Shown here: positions 62,123 through 64,000 of the stretch, in pieces
Layout: every line of letters begins with the position of its first letter
Position numbering within the stretch: position 1 is the stretch's first letter
Assembly: GCA_041675865.1 (NCBI GenBank)
Contig: JBAYTA010000001.1
Location: forward strand, 6,332 to 70,331
Reading direction: 5' to 3'
From: Bacilli bacterium
GTDB taxonomy: Bacteria; Bacillota_I; Bacilli_A; ML615J-28; CAG-698
Length of the DNA stretch: 64,000 nt
Position numbers and translations under genes: made by a program
Notes under the pieces: generated by a model
The model's database searches: none
What the model was told of the DNA's origin: nothing
The model's input: the letters and a program-made list of their open reading frames with translations, nothing else

Positions 62123-64000
62123 CTGTACCCTCCAAATATTTCAAATAATCTAAAGCCATATTTGCAGCTTTCACAATCGCTCTTGATGTAACAGAAGCTC
62201 CAGATACAACTTCTACTTCACTTAAATCAGCTTGTTTAGAAACAATTTCAGTAGGGATTTTATCTTGTGGATGAATTCCTCCACCAACGTCACTCCATTC
62301 ACCATGCATATAAGATTCGCCTGTAGTTTCATTTTTTAAATCATTTGTTTCTACAGCAGTGATCTTAAACTCTTCATCAAATGTGAATGTTGTTGTGATA
62401 GGATTTTTAAATCCTTTTGTTCTAACAACGATTGTTGTTTCAGTCTTACTTACATAATAAGCATCAAATTTATTAGCATCTATTGCAGCTTCTACATCAG
62501 CTAAAATTTCAGCAGGAACAGTTGATGTTATTTCATAATCAGTATCTGTTGTAACAATAGTTTTACTATCAGCATCTCTAAATACATAAACAAATTCTAA
62601 TGTTTCTAAATCTTGAGATACACCAACTAATGTAAGTTCAGTAATAGTATCTAAATAATCAACATATGCCTGAGCAACGCCTACAGCATTTTTAATAGCA
62701 TTAGAAGTAACAGTAGCACCTGCAACAACACCAACACTACTTAAATCATCTTGATTAGCAATAATATCACCAGGAATTTTATCTTTTGGATGAACTCCGC
62801 CACCAACATTTTGCCATTCTCCGCTTGGATATGACTCGTTATATGTAACTACAAAATCAGTAATAACAAAATCATTATCATATGTAATAACATTTGTGAC
62901 AGCACCAGCAAATCCACCTGTAATAATAGTTAATTCTAAGTAGTCAGCACCTTCATTAGCGCTTTGTACAAAGTTTCTAATTTTATTATCATTGATTAAT
63001 TTTGCTAATTCTTCTTTTGATTCTGCATTATCAAATTCTTGATTGCTTACTTGTTTTATAGTAAAGTCTTGAGCAGTAGTAACAGTAAACTCTTCACCAT
63101 TAGATGTAAATTTGTAAACAAAATCAAATGATTTATAGTCTTGTGAACTTTCTACATATTCAAATTCAGGCATTACAACTGGTTCTACAATGCTTTTAAC
63201 AACTGGGAATACTGAAATACCAGCTAATAATAATCCCACTAAAGTATATGATAAAACCATTTTTTTCTTGTTAGGTTCAACTCTTAATTTTGTTGCAAAT
63301 CTTTCGATTATAGCAGTAAACATATTAAGAGCTAAAATAGATACTGCAACACCTTCTGGATTATTAGATGCAAACCTAAACACAACAGTTAATACACCAA
63401 GACCTAAAGCATAAATAATTTTACCATTAGGGTTTCTTGGACTAGTTACTGGTTCAGTTGCCATGAATACAGCACCAAACATTAAACCACCACTAAATAT
63501 ATTAAATAAAGCAAAGTTTAATGTACCAGCATAACCATTGATTGCACCAATAATATAAGTTAATACGAATACAGTTCCGATATAGATTACTGGAATTCTC
63601 CAGTTAATTACTTTTCTCACTAATAGATAGATTAAACCTACTAAACAAAGTAATGCACTTGTTTCTGCAATTACTCCAGGATTAAATCCTAAGAATAAAT
63701 TTAAAATGCCATATTTTTCTAACATAGCTTCATAACCAACAAAAATGTTAGCAAATTCTGCTGGGTTTTTAATTGCACTAAGTGGTGTTGCACCAACTGT
63801 TATAGCTTCAGTAGGATTTAAAAATCCTTTTGATCCAAAACTAGTAGCTCCACCCATAAGTCCAAAATATGAATAAGTAGTTAGAAAAACAAATCCTATT
63901 AAAGCAGGGTTAAATATATTATGGCCAAATCCACCAAATAGTAATTTCGCAATTACAGTTGCAAATATTGTACCAATAAATAATACCCAAATTGGAGTTG
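62115..64000 (-). CDS. rnfD: Rnf complex subunit D fused to two C-terminal FMN-binding domains (N-terminus beyond the window)
   Basis: An RnfD/NqrB membrane core with 'TVGATPL'. A 355-aa extension carries two FMN_bind-like domains with 'VAGATVTS' and 'VSGASVTS'. The ORF stays open to nt 64000. Confidence 0.8.
   Translation of the reverse strand, partial: TPIWVLFIGTIFATVIAKLLFGGFGHNIFNPALIGFVFLTTYSYFGLMGGATSFGSKGFLNPTEAITVGATPLSAIKNPAEFANIFVGYEAMLEKYGILNLFLGFNPGVIAETSALLCLVGLIYLLVRKVINWRIPVIYIGTVFVLTYIIGAINGYAGTLNFALFNIFSGGLMFGAVFMATEPVTSPRNPNGKIIYALGLGVLTVVFRFASNNPEGVAVSILALNMFTAIIERFATKLRVEPNKKKMVLSYTLVGLLLAGISVFPVVKSIVEPVVMPEFEYVESSQDYKSFDFVYKFTSNGEEFTVTTAQDFTIKQVSNQEFDNAESKEELAKLINDNKIRNFVQSANEGADYLELTIITGGFAGAVTNVITYDNDFVITDFVVTYNESYPSGEWQNVGGGVHPKDKIPGDIIANQDDLSSVGVVAGATVTSNAIKNAVGVAQAYVDYLDTITELTLVGVSQDLETLEFVYVFRDADSKTIVTTDTDYEITSTVPAEILADVEAAIDANKFDAYYVSKTETTIVVRTKGFKNPITTTFTFDEEFKITAVETNDLKNETTGESYMHGEWSDVGGGIHPQDKIPTEIVSKQADLSEVEVVSGASVTSRAIVKAANMALDYLKYLEGTDE

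Noticed and set aside
63190-63414. 74-aa plus-strand ORF antisense to rnfD
   Set aside because: It sits inside the rnfD coding region with no RBS. Artefact.

Overview
This window reads as core chromosome from a very AT-rich (roughly 27-28% GC by eye), endospore-forming Bacillota, translated with the standard genetic code. Gene order is strikingly Bacillus-like: dxs-recN-spoIVB-spo0A, hisS-aspS-tcdA, lspA-rluD, lepA-hemW, spoIIM-xerD-deoB, plsY/parE-parC, and yqfO(nif3)-trmK-sigA-dnaG followed by single-chain glyQS. Recognisable RNA elements are a His/Asp T-box leader ahead of hisS-aspS and a TPP riboswitch ahead of a thiT-type transporter. Several consensus sigma-A promoters and rho-independent terminators are visible. 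I found no rRNA or tRNA genes, no CRISPR array, and no transposase or phage integrase; the only recombinase is the housekeeping xerD. Three regions are not explained by routine housekeeping. First, right after parC there is a tightly coupled six-gene minus-strand operon: a Fic-like protein with a degenerate motif and a C-terminal winged HTH, a PHP phosphoesterase, a TPR membrane protein, an ArsR-type HTH protein with a long N-terminal extension, and a heterodimeric ABC exporter. Its internal promoter is a perfect consensus abutting a 30-bp perfect palindrome. Second, next to that operon is a 1.2-kb AT-rich stretch with no ORFs that contains three perfect Spo0A-box heptamers within 81 bp. Third, the 3' end of the window holds an rnf(C)DGEAB operon in which RnfD carries two extra C-terminal FMN-binding domains and RnfB is reduced to its N-terminal Fe-S domain. 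A tandem-repeat lipoprotein with the same unusual G-V-T motif as the local RnfG sits immediately downstream, and together these suggest an extracytoplasmic flavin electron-transfer module. All functional calls come from reading motifs and synteny by eye; no database search was possible.
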